Assembly: GCA_020137815.1 (NCBI GenBank)
Contig: CM035358.1
Coordinates: forward strand, 4,340,001 to 4,404,000
Direction of reading: 5' to 3'
Origin: Hormiphora californensis
Taxonomy: Eukaryota > Animalia > Ctenophora
DNA length: 64,000 nt
The notes beneath the pieces are model-generated. The model was not told the origin of the DNA and ran no database searches. It saw nothing but the letters and a program-made list of their open reading frames with translations. The stretch's first letter is position 1, and each line of letters begins with the position of its first letter. The position numbers and the translations under genes were made by a program. Positions 35,971 through 45,226 of this stretch are shown here, piece after piece.

Positions 35971-38900
35971 TTGAGCGGACAGTGACCCCGGCACAGAAGA
36001 AGGAAATCGAGGAAAACAGGGTGACCACACCCGAATCTGTGCCGGTAAAATGCGTCTGGGATTCACCACGATCAGACAAGGTGTATCCTAGAGAGGAAGA
36101 AGGAGATACAGCAACATCTTTAAACAGTACACAAGCTGTAGCGGGTACCGAAGTAGCACCCGATGAGAATGATAAAGGTCTTTCCACAGCATCTGATGTG
36201 GACTCAAAGGAACTCGTAATCACTCCTAAGTCTTCCCCAAGAACAAAGAAAACGGAAAAAGTGGTCATCCGAAAGCAGGAGAAGAATCAATCCCACACTG
36301 ACGTGAGCGATGAGAAAAATGAAATAGTCGATAGTTCAGCAGTGGTTGAGGTCGAGGGCAACAATGAGGACGATGTTATCCCTGAACCCAAGACCAAACG
36401 GAAGAAAAAGAGAAACAAGAGGAGCAAGGCAGCGAAAGTGAAAGCCCTCTCTGGAGAAGAAATACGGAAATCTCAAGAAATTATTGTAAACGGACTCATC
36501 CATGGCCCCGCATGGTGTGAGGATCAAACTAAACACCCGGTGCGCATGTTCATCGATACAGGAAGCCAAGTTAACCTTATTGACTGGACAACTGTATGTA
36601 AGTACGGGCTAGTGTCTGAGATCCGTGAGACAAACAGAAGGTTGAGAGATTTCAGCGGAAATCGGATACCTTGCAGAGGCGCCATCTCCTTGTGTATGAT
36701 AGTCGGAGGAGCCACCATTAATCTGGTCAACTTCGTGGTGTGCGAAGGAATGGATACAGATATTCTATTAGGTGACCCATTCTGTCGTAGTACAGGAGCC
36801 GCCTTGGACTATACGAACGCTGAACTAAGAGTCCCAAATGGTGAACCAGTACCTTTCCTGCCAAGACCAAGAAGCACCAAGAAGATTCTCCAGATAAGGT
36901 GGGGAGAAACTACCACAATACCACCTCATACTATGGGGTATGTCGTAGGATCCCTGAAGGAAGATTGTCTAGGTGATACGATCGGTCTTGTCTCAACTGA
37001 TTGGTCACGGAAAAATAATGGCCTACTCATTGGTGACGCAATTGCCGAAGCTATGGAAGGAGACATTCCCATGAGAGTTTTGAACTTTAGCGAGGAGCCG
37101 ATAACCCTCCAAAGGGGTGATAAAGCCGCTAAATTCCGCCCAGTGCCAGAGTACGACCCTTATTCTAGAGTGGAATGGGAAGACCGAATCCAATTTCTCC
37201 GTGAGTCTGAGGAACCGGAAGTCGAGAAATGGACAAAGGAAGAACTATTCGAGCGTCTAAAAGTAAAAACTGCATCCAGGAACCTCACGAAACAACAGGC
37301 TCAAGATCTACAAGACATCATTTGGGAACACAGGGACTGTTTTGCATACGATGAGTACGATCTCGGTTCCTGCAATATGTACAAAGCTACGATCAAGTTG
37401 AAGGAAGGGGCTACACCTCAGTGGACCCCTCCATTCCCTTGCCCATACAAGCTTGAGGGGGAGATGCAGAAAACAATCGATGAGATGGTGAAAACGAATG
37501 TGGTGGAGATCCTTCCGCAACGGTCAGATTGGAACTCACCAACATTCCTGGTACGAAAGAAAACACCTAAAGGGCAGCCTCAGCGTTACAGGCTTGTGTG
37601 CGACCTAAGGAACGTTAACAAGATGTGTATGCCAGCAAACTTCCCATTGGCTCATTTGGATCATGTCTTGGATAAAATCGGCCAGGACAAGATATTTTCT
37701 TCTTTTGACCTCACCCGAGGATACTGGCAGCTTCCCTATGATGAATCCTCGAAACAGATCACTGCCTTCCTGTATAAGAACACCCAGTACGCATTCTCGA
37801 AGACAGTGATGGGACATCGATCATCCGGACCGTCCTTCTGTGATATGATGAATCGTCTGCTCGGATCCCTTCCGATTGAACAGGTTGTCCAATTTGTGGA
37901 CGACCTCCTCCTGTCTTCGGTCACAGTTGACCAACATCTGGATCGATTGGAACGGCTACTCTCCAGATTGTACGGTGCGAACCTCAAAATTTCACCGGAC
38001 AAAAGTCAGCTGATGAGAGATGCAGTTGATTTTGTTGGAGTTCGTGTCAGTGGTGGCGGTATAAGTATCACTGAAGACCGTGTAGCCGACCTCCTAGCAC
38101 TCCGCGAACCTGACTCAAAGAAAGAAGTGATGCAAGCGATGGGTGCATTAAACTACGTTAGGAAATGGATTCCAGGATACAGTTCTATCAGTAAGCCAAT
38201 ATTCGCTTCTATACGCGGGGGAAAGGAGTGCAAGTTCAAATGGACCAAAGAGTGTAGTGAAGCGTACGCCAAGCTGAAGCAGCTCGTCGCGGAAAGTACA
38301 CAGCTTGCAATACCGAATCCCGAGGATCCCTACAGCTCCTACTGGGTCACACTAGATGCCAGTGAGCGAGGTTTAGGTGCCTCCTTATCCCAAGAATTGG
38401 ATACACCTGATGGAGGTAGAGAACGAAGGATTGTCGCTTACTATAGCAGAGCTCTCCCAGAGTACAAGAAATCGCGGGGACAGACGAAGCTTGAGTTCGA
38501 GGCTCTGTCAGCAGCAATCCAACACTGGACCATCTATCTTTACAACGTGGAAGAGTTTGTCGTCATAACAGACTGTTTATCCTTGGTTAAAGCCGAGGGT
38601 ACCCTTTTCACGAAACCAGACAACGCGGTGATCAAGAAAGTTCTGAAGTTAGCCGAATTCAACTTCAAACTCCGACATTTAAGTGGCCCGGAAAACAAGA
38701 TGTGTGACTGGTTGTCAAGGTTCAGCCTTCCGCCAACCAAGACCGAAGCCGAAACACAAACGACACCTCAAACTCATGAAGATTTGACTAAAGTTGTCAA
38801 GGTTGTTAATCTATGCGATAGAAACAACGAAGAGATACAACAAAATGTCGTCCGAAAGATACCTGAGGATCGTCACAACTCCACAGAGTCCGAAGCAGAC

Positions 38901-41012
38901 ACAGAGTCCAACCATGAAGATCGTTTTAGCAGCGACATGGATACAGGAACGTACACGTCTACTGAAGATTCATCTGAAGACATATCTCTGTCGACAACAC
39001 GAGTTAGCAGTGCAAGCGAGCGCGAAGTCTTTATCGTGCAGAGCACTCAGTTTCCGGAAGCATCGTACGTCACGGAGTATAAATACTTCAGTAACGGAGA
39101 CGAGTCACCCACCCAATCAGATGAAAACAGCCACACGAAACATGAGAGTATTGGCTCGGAAGAAACTCTAGGCCTATGCAAGATACTCGACAATCTGGTG
39201 AGCTGTGAAGAGATAACCACCCATCCAATAAAAGTCATGAATGAAGATAACGAAGCAGAAGAAGAATGGTCATATGAGCAGGAGATTCATTGTTTATGCG
39301 CATCGATCCAGCAAAACGGGGTAGATATCCCCGTAGCAGGAAAGACATGGACTGAATGGGAAACTGCCCAGGAGCAAGATGACATTCTAAAATTAGTGAG
39401 AAAATGGGTGAGTGACGGGAATAGACAAGTGGTACAAGCCAACAGGGCCCCACCTGATCTAGAGTCTTTGTGGAAACAATACCAGCTGCTCCGGTTAGAG
39501 GATGGTGTTTTGCAAAGAAAATGGCTCGATATAAAGACAAATGATTCCAACTGGCTGATCGTGGTACCTATGAAGGAGCGAGAAGAGCTTATCAGACAGG
39601 CTCATGACTTCCACACAGGTCACGCCGGAGTCAGTGCAACAGTTGATCACCTACGAAGAAACTTTTACTGGCCGGCCCAGCCCAAACAAGTCGGACTATA
39701 CATCGGTCAGTGTGTAAATTGTGCCTCAAACAAACAGCGTCAACAGACCTTCCAAGCCGAGATGGCCACATTTGTGTGTCACGAGTTCAACGCCGTTATT
39801 GTAATCGATCATATCGTTCCAGAAGCCCGTGGATCGACGATAAGAGGCAACAAGAACGTCCTAACAATTACAGACGTTTATTCAAACTTTCTAGTTGCAG
39901 TGCCTACGAAGACCCAAACATCCGTTGAGAGCCGTGAGAAAATTCTCGCTCATTGGATCTGGAAATTTGGTTGGCCGAGAGAAATAATCTGTGATCAACA
40001 TCAAAACTTCAACGGCAAAGAATTCAAGGATTTCTTCGAAAAGCTAAACGTGAAAGTTCAACACGGCCAAGCTTATTCAGCCCGCAGTACTGGACGTGCT
40101 GAAAATAGCAACAAAAAGATTGATCGAATCCTCAGAGCAACCCTGTTTGAATCCAACCCTAAAGATTGGGACTTGCATCTTGACCAAGTGTGTTTCAAGC
40201 TAAACAACACCAGATCCAGAAGAACAGGCTTCACGGCACACAGGATTGTATTTGGCACAGAACCAAACATGCCTGATGCGTTACATCTTCGCCGACCCAT
40301 GGATAAAAATGATAAGACTCCACAGATGGGCATTCCAGCGTCCGTCTACAACCGCTACCGAGAAATCTGTAACTTGAGTTACAAAATCAGGCAGAACGTG
40401 GATGAAGACCTAATAGCGGCCAAAAAGCAATTCAACAAGAGACTAAATGACCCGGAGCTTGCAATTGGAGATCAAGTTCTGGTGAAAATCCCGTGCCCGG
40501 TTCATAAATTTGGACCTAGGTTCGAGGGACCCTTCTCGGTGAGCGAAGTGATCAGCCCTTACCTCTACAGAGTGAAGATGAGCGTAGGAGACAAGGTTAT
40601 TGGTGTGGGAAAGTTGAAGTTATTTGCACGCAACGGCAAAACGGTAGAGTGTAAAAATTCGGAGAAACTGAAAGAAACCGAATCAAACCCACCAATGATG
40701 CCAGTTCTAGTTCAGCATGCAAATGCAGATCACCCGGATTGTAACGAAACTTCAGTTGAAATCGTGCCAACACCAGAGAAACCCGAAGCTGATCAAAAGA
40801 TAGCGGAAACATCTTCTCCATCACCAGAGCAACCCGAAGATGACCATGATACAGCGGAAACATCTTCTCCAACACCAGAGCAACCCGAAGATGACCATGA
40901 TACAGCGGAAACACCTTCTCCAGATCAAACCTCTCCGCCAGTTACAGGAGGAAATGACCGGAGAATCAGGCTTCGAGCTCATGTCAAACCACCTGACCGA
41001 TTCAGGGGTTAG
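35841..41012 (+). CDS. pol: Gypsy Pol (PR-RT-RH-IN), probably expressed by -1 frameshift
   Basis: DTGS protease; WNSP..YRLVCDLR..FDLTRGYWQ..FVDD RT; LDAS..E..TD RNase H; HHCC, D,D(35)E and GPF integrase. Frame is -1 relative to gag. Confidence 0.96.
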   Translation: MLCLSSEWTPQQKLPEPRMAVKRESGRRFSQRGHTPELRPRQLIERTVTPAQKKEIEENRVTTPESVPVKCVWDSPRSDKVYPREEEGDTATSLNSTQAVAGTEVAPDENDKGLSTASDVDSKELVITPKSSPRTKKTEKVVIRKQEKNQSHTDVSDEKNEIVDSSAVVEVEGNNEDDVIPEPKTKRKKKRNKRSKAAKVKALSGEEIRKSQEIIVNGLIHGPAWCEDQTKHPVRMFIDTGSQVNLIDWTTVCKYGLVSEIRETNRRLRDFSGNRIPCRGAISLCMIVGGATINLVNFVVCEGMDTDILLGDPFCRSTGAALDYTNAELRVPNGEPVPFLPRPRSTKKILQIRWGETTTIPPHTMGYVVGSLKEDCLGDTIGLVSTDWSRKNNGLLIGDAIAEAMEGDIPMRVLNFSEEPITLQRGDKAAKFRPVPEYDPYSRVEWEDRIQFLRESEEPEVEKWTKEELFERLKVKTASRNLTKQQAQDLQDIIWEHRDCFAYDEYDLGSCNMYKATIKLKEGATPQWTPPFPCPYKLEGEMQKTIDEMVKTNVVEILPQRSDWNSPTFLVRKKTPKGQPQRYRLVCDLRNVNKMCMPANFPLAHLDHVLDKIGQDKIFSSFDLTRGYWQLPYDESSKQITAFLYKNTQYAFSKTVMGHRSSGPSFCDMMNRLLGSLPIEQVVQFVDDLLLSSVTVDQHLDRLERLLSRLYGANLKISPDKSQLMRDAVDFVGVRVSGGGISITEDRVADLLALREPDSKKEVMQAMGALNYVRKWIPGYSSISKPIFASIRGGKECKFKWTKECSEAYAKLKQLVAESTQLAIPNPEDPYSSYWVTLDASERGLGASLSQELDTPDGGRERRIVAYYSRALPEYKKSRGQTKLEFEALSAAIQHWTIYLYNVEEFVVITDCLSLVKAEGTLFTKPDNAVIKKVLKLAEFNFKLRHLSGPENKMCDWLSRFSLPPTKTEAETQTTPQTHEDLTKVVKVVNLCDRNNEEIQQNVVRKIPEDRHNSTESEADTESNHEDRFSSDMDTGTYTSTEDSSEDISLSTTRVSSASEREVFIVQSTQFPEASYVTEYKYFSNGDESPTQSDENSHTKHESIGSEETLGLCKILDNLVSCEEITTHPIKVMNEDNEAEEEWSYEQEIHCLCASIQQNGVDIPVAGKTWTEWETAQEQDDILKLVRKWVSDGNRQVVQANRAPPDLESLWKQYQLLRLEDGVLQRKWLDIKTNDSNWLIVVPMKEREELIRQAHDFHTGHAGVSATVDHLRRNFYWPAQPKQVGLYIGQCVNCASNKQRQQTFQAEMATFVCHEFNAVIVIDHIVPEARGSTIRGNKNVLTITDVYSNFLVAVPTKTQTSVESREKILAHWIWKFGWPREIICDQHQNFNGKEFKDFFEKLNVKVQHGQAYSARSTGRAENSNKKIDRILRATLFESNPKDWDLHLDQVCFKLNNTRSRRTGFTAHRIVFGTEPNMPDALHLRRPMDKNDKTPQMGIPASVYNRYREICNLSYKIRQNVDEDLIAAKKQFNKRLNDPELAIGDQVLVKIPCPVHKFGPRFEGPFSVSEVISPYLYRVKMSVGDKVIGVGKLKLFARNGKTVECKNSEKLKETESNPPMMPVLVQHANADHPDCNETSVEIVPTPEKPEADQKIAETSSPSPEQPEDDHDTAETSSPTPEQPEDDHDTAETPSPDQTSPPVTGGNDRRIRLRAHVKPPDRFRG
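35901..35961 (+). promoter_or_regulatory. Candidate -1 ribosomal frameshift signal
   Basis: G_TTA_AAC in gag frame, 6-nt spacer, then a 10-bp stem GCGGTCGGAG/CTCCGGCCGC. Confidence 0.7.
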
Positions 41013-41186
41013 TTGTCATGTGGTCGAATATGAAGTGTGTTCCTACTCAGTGCACGAGATTTCGCCACTCCCCAACACTGACTGCTGCTATGCCTGAACA
41101 TCTTCGACTCCACATTGAGGCTCATCTGTTCCGGAAGTTAAGATCTTCTGATCTCCCTCTACATTTAAACAGTGTTTTACACTAAT

Positions 41187-41513
41187 AAGTTGAGAATACT
41201 CGACAAACCGTTAAAATCCTTTTGGATTTATTTTTATAACCCCAACCAAGTTGAGTGTACTCGACAACCCATCAAATCCTCTTGGATTTCGATTTTATTT
41301 TAACAACTAAGTTGAGTGTACTCGACAACCCGTTAAAATCCTTTTGGATTTATTTTTATAACCCCAACCAAGTTGAGTGTACTCGACAACCCATCAAATC
41401 CTCTTGGATTTCGATTTTATTTTAACAACTAAGTTGAGTGTACTCGACAACCCGTTAAAATCCTTTTGGATTTATTTTTATAATCCCCAACCAAGTTGAG
41501 AGTTCTCGACAAC
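41187..41513 (+). repeat. Tandem array of ~60-bp hairpin units in the Gypsy 3' UTR
   Basis: Six AAGTTGAG-N4-CTCGACAA cores alternating with AAATCC-N4/5-GGATTT; A/B alternation. Confidence 0.9.
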
Positions 41514-42794
41514 AGCAACCATACAACTGACCTCTATCTGTTGATATGTTTTGATGATCCAGAAACATACTGAAACCTGATGACAAGGGTAAATGTGCTA
41601 CCTAACGATACATGGCAGCTACCAATCTGCGATACCGGTGAACAGTTCATGTGAAGTGTGAACATGCGATATTTTGCTTCCTTGAGACATGATAAGGAGG
41701 TGAAGAGAAGCCGTGATCTATTGGTTGAGATCAATGGTTTTGTCAGGAACCGGCTGTCGCTGAAGGTTGATTACCCCCTGAGAAACTCGCTTGAGAAGAG
41801 TGAAACAGACCGGTGTCCGATCCAGATCTCATCATCAATTTTCCATCAACCTGTGCGCCATCCTTTGACATCGTGTTCCTGGGGTGGACGGTATCGGCCA
41901 ACATGGTGCAACAGTGAACAGCAATGCCCCCTTTTAATTGGAACTTCAGAGACCTTTCTTCCTTACCTTCATCGTGAAATCATTGTTTAAAGCGAGAATT
42001 TCTCTGAGAAAGAGAAACAGAAAAAGAAACAAATTGTAATATTTTATACAGTGTATTACTGACCATGAACATGTTTGTATTCACAAAATGTGAAGCTTTT
42101 AATGATCTTAATTTATTACCCGGGTATGCTATGGTCCGATTTTATTATTCTACACAGTATTTTTAATGAATTATTTTTACCGTTAACGTAACTCCTTGTA
42201 GAGTGTATCTTGTAAGTCATGTGTACTCTTTCTCGATATTCGTTTATTTTCATCGTCCCGTGCTCATGGTACAGTTCTGGGCTATTCTGTCGAGGACACC
42301 GTGTCACCGGCTCAAAGGAGTCGGTGGCAACGGCGCTTTTTGTCCTTGATGGAATGGTGCAGAACTGGGCCAGCCCTGTGTGTTTGTGTGTGCGTGTGTG
42401 TGAGAATGTGTGTTTGTGTCTGTGTCCTATCGCGAAGGTGCTTGTTTTGACGCTGAGTTCTATTAAAAGCACAGCATCTTCGCGCGCGCGTGTGTGTCGC
42501 TTTGGTGACACGCGCGCGCGTTTTCTGAGATCTGAGAGAGAAGAGCGATTGATGTTTTGAGAGTGAGTTTTTCTTTTGTCGGAGCGAAGCAACTTTCAAA
42601 AGCGTGTGTTCTCTTAAGTCAACTGAACTGTAACAATCCTTTACCGTTACTTTTACATTCACAAAAATAAAAGACAACGTGTTTACCTTCGCCTTTACGC
42701 TCCAGCTGACGGGTACGCCCCATACGTGTCACGAAACCACCCCAAGAACGTCCCTTTCCAAACGCCCCCTTTCGGCCGTCCTTACTTTACACCA

Positions 42795-43311
42795 CTCTCA
42801 CCGGTTATGCCCTGAAATGTGACTGGCTGGTGGTCGGCAGGTGGATCAGTGTGTACGTATTTGCTGCTGATAGGTGCAGCGGGTGGATGCTTCTTTTCAA
42901 GGTCCAGGAGTACCTCGTCAGTGCAGCTTTTAACTCCACATGTGTGTCTGGAAGAGTCAAGCCATCCTGTAGCTTCACTGGTCTGTCCGTTTCTCATTAG
43001 ATCGACGAACCGTTTGTTACATCGCTCCTCACTGGGGGATTGGTAATTCAGGGGTTTCTGGATTGCAGCAGCCTCACGGAATAGCTGATCAAATTTCCCA
43101 CTTTTCCATAGCTCAAGTCTCCGCTCCAACAGGTTTTTGTGTCCACCAACCTTGGACTTTTTGCTTGGTTTCTGCAGGAGAAGTGCAGGAGCTAGCACTA
43201 GGGCTGATAATGCATACGACTCCGAAGCAGTGGATGTCGCGAAAAGGTTTGCCAGCCTAGTGAGTTCATCAATGAAACCTCTGCCAACTGCTCCAAATGG
43301 AACCTCAAACA
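42795..43311 (-). CDS. CRE-like ORF, internal segment
   Basis: LFEVPFGAVGRGFIDEL..LLLQKP..LERRLELWKSG..LEKKHP, typical of the pre-RT region of CRE-like proteins. Confidence 0.88.
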
Positions 43312-43596
43312 CAGGGGCGGTGCGCGGCGTTCATTCACGAAAAATTTTTTGGGTCCAGCGCTGCAGAAAATGCATTTAAATGTAACGCGCGAAGGGTGGT
43401 CTGGACCATATTGGTCAATAGCGCTGCCACATTAGCTTTTTCCCGCGCGCATTCGTTTTTTAAATTGAAAATCGGCTGATTTTTTCACTTTTTTTGGCGA
43501 TTTTTTCACTTTTTGGCAAGTTTTCCCATTTTCTTCTCTTCTTTCGTCCAAAAAGTGGGTCTTGGACCCATGGGACCCAGCCTTGCTTCGCCCCTG
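43312..43596. mobile_element. 285-bp hAT-type MITE inserted in the CRE ORF
   Basis: TIR CAGGGGCG...CGCCCCTG; 8-bp TSD CTCAAACA. Confidence 0.9.
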
Positions 43597-44130
43597 CTCA
43601 AACAAGTTGGGAGCCCAGGTGCTGATTAGAGGTGCAAGAGCCTGTAGCTTCACAAATACCTCCTCTGCATTCAAATCTCCCCAACAATTCACCTGAGATA
43701 GCTGCGGTCTCGGTGGTGGGGACTGATTTACATCCGAGCAAGCTAAACAGAGGGCTGGTGAGTAATCTGGGATTGGAGATAACTCGTTTGTGGGTGGTTG
43801 TGCTGGTGTGACACACTGTGGGTGGATGAGATTGCTACATGCGGTGCAACTAACGAACTCGGCAAAGTATATCTTCTCACTGCACTCACAGCACACGGCA
43901 TCAATTGACAGAGCATTTCTGATATTTCTAATGCACTCATCAGTCGAATCGTTACTCTCATCATGACATTCTGAATGTTTGTTGAATGATATTTCAGAGT
44001 CAAAAGTGTTGGAATCGTTTGAACCAAATGATGGGAATTCAGAACGAGGCGTAAAGAATGAGAGTAGGTGAGAATCTGGTCGTAAGGTGACTGGAGTTGA
44101 TTGACATCGTGATGGTGATCCTCTTGACAT
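43597..44130 (-). CDS. CRE-like ORF, N-terminal segment with a PHD-like C4HC3 finger
   Basis: C-x2-C-x11-C-x2-C-x4-H-x2-C-x22-C-x2-C (CCEC..CTAC..HPQC..CLAC); joins WAPNLFE|VPFG in frame. Confidence 0.8.
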
Positions 44131-45038
44131 CGGGAAAGTGTGATGTGCATCTGGTGACGGGGGTCACCAGGGGTCCTCCTCGGTCCTCAGGCAACGGGGC
44201 ACGTGACTATGTTTAAGCCACGCGTGCCCAAACAAAAAGACAGAAAAACGAGAAGAGACGAAAATTTCAGAAAACTTTAAAAAAAAACCCTAAAAAACCG
44301 TTTGTCAGCACTCCCAAAACGCTGGCCGATCAAAAAGTGTCAACGAAATTTAAAGCAAAATTCATTAAAAGGTGACAAATTAAAGCACGCGCCGCGGTAT
44401 TTCTATGCGCGTTCTACCGTGGTTGGTGCTTACAACTTGCAACTTTATACGTTTGAAGTTTCCGCGCGCTCCAAACAATGACTTGAAAAAGTGTGACACG
44501 CGCCACCCGGCACAAATCACATATTTTACACCGGATCGGATTTTGTCAAAATATAAGAGCCTGACAAATACCAGAGTCATATTTCAAAAACAGGCTCATC
44601 ATACTCATTCATGTTCAATTCGCAAGACAAATTCTTTGCTAATTGCTGTTGACAATAGACAGTAGAAACGAACATCTTTGAATCGGATTCCGGACTGGCT
44701 TGAATGTAAGCGAAAATGTCACTTGTCATGAATCTATCAAAACTCTAAATCTATCGCTACCATCTCAAGAGTGAAATTCGAATGAAGTGCTATTTTGGCG
44801 GCTTCTTATTATATTATTATTTTCTAGAAAGAAGGAGCTGGTAAACTTTGGATGTTAGTGAGACTATTGACGTGTGCCCTAATTGAAATATTTGTGGGCC
44901 CCTCACTCTGGTTACTATGGAAACCAATATCTCGTGAGTCAGAGTGTGCGAGAGAGTGATTTTCACGCAGGATCAATGATTGCTTTATATAAACGTTCCA
45001 TACAATTCCCCACAATGTTGTTAGTTACAAATTAATCA

Positions 45039-45043
<5 letters not shown>

Positions 45044-45131
<88 letters not shown>

Positions 45132-45141
45132 CTCTCTCTCT
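45044..45141. repeat. (CT)n microsatellite
   Basis: Direct observation. Confidence 0.95.
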
Positions 45142-45226
45142 ACGCGTGCGAACATCAGACATGGTCATTGTTATGAAGAAGAGAAAGAGAGTGTGAGTGT
45201 AACACCGTATTAACTGGTACGATATA

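Larger units (their letters stand above)
34066..42794 (+). mobile_element. Intact Ty3/Gypsy LTR retrotransposon, 8.73 kb
   Basis: LTRs 34066-34504 and 42355-42794 (TGGTG...CACCA; only a 1-nt indel seen). 4-bp TSD CTCT, PBS TGGTGAGC at 34507, open gag and pol. Confidence 0.97.
29539..44229 (-). mobile_element. Full-length CRE-clade (RLE) non-LTR retrotransposon, interrupted three times
   Basis: 13-bp duplication AAACAAAAAGACA at 29526-29538 and 44230-44242. An alternative outer duplication AACCCTAAAAAAC lies at 29497-29509 and 44286-44298. Single ORF in four pieces. Confidence 0.85.
29317..44327 (+). mobile_element. Small CCCTAA-containing non-autonomous element (MULE-like by TSD length), split by a ~14.7-kb nested insertion
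   Basis: 10-bp TSD GATCAAAAAG at 29307-29316 and 44328-44337; ends GGCGCCGTT...AACGCTGGCC. The joined halves match uninterrupted copies at 62886-63505. Confidence 0.8.

Noticed and set aside
41187-41513. CRISPR-like palindromic repeats with spacers
   Set aside because: The spacers are themselves repeated (A/B alternation), there are no cas genes, and the context is a eukaryotic retrotransposon UTR.
41534-42350. Possible env/ORF3 in the Gypsy 3' region
   Set aside because: Only short ORFs (110 aa or less outside the LTR-derived ones), with no signal peptide or TM anchor.
44165-44195. Hammerhead ribozyme (CTGAGGA on the minus strand)
   Set aside because: No GAAA or stem III partner found.
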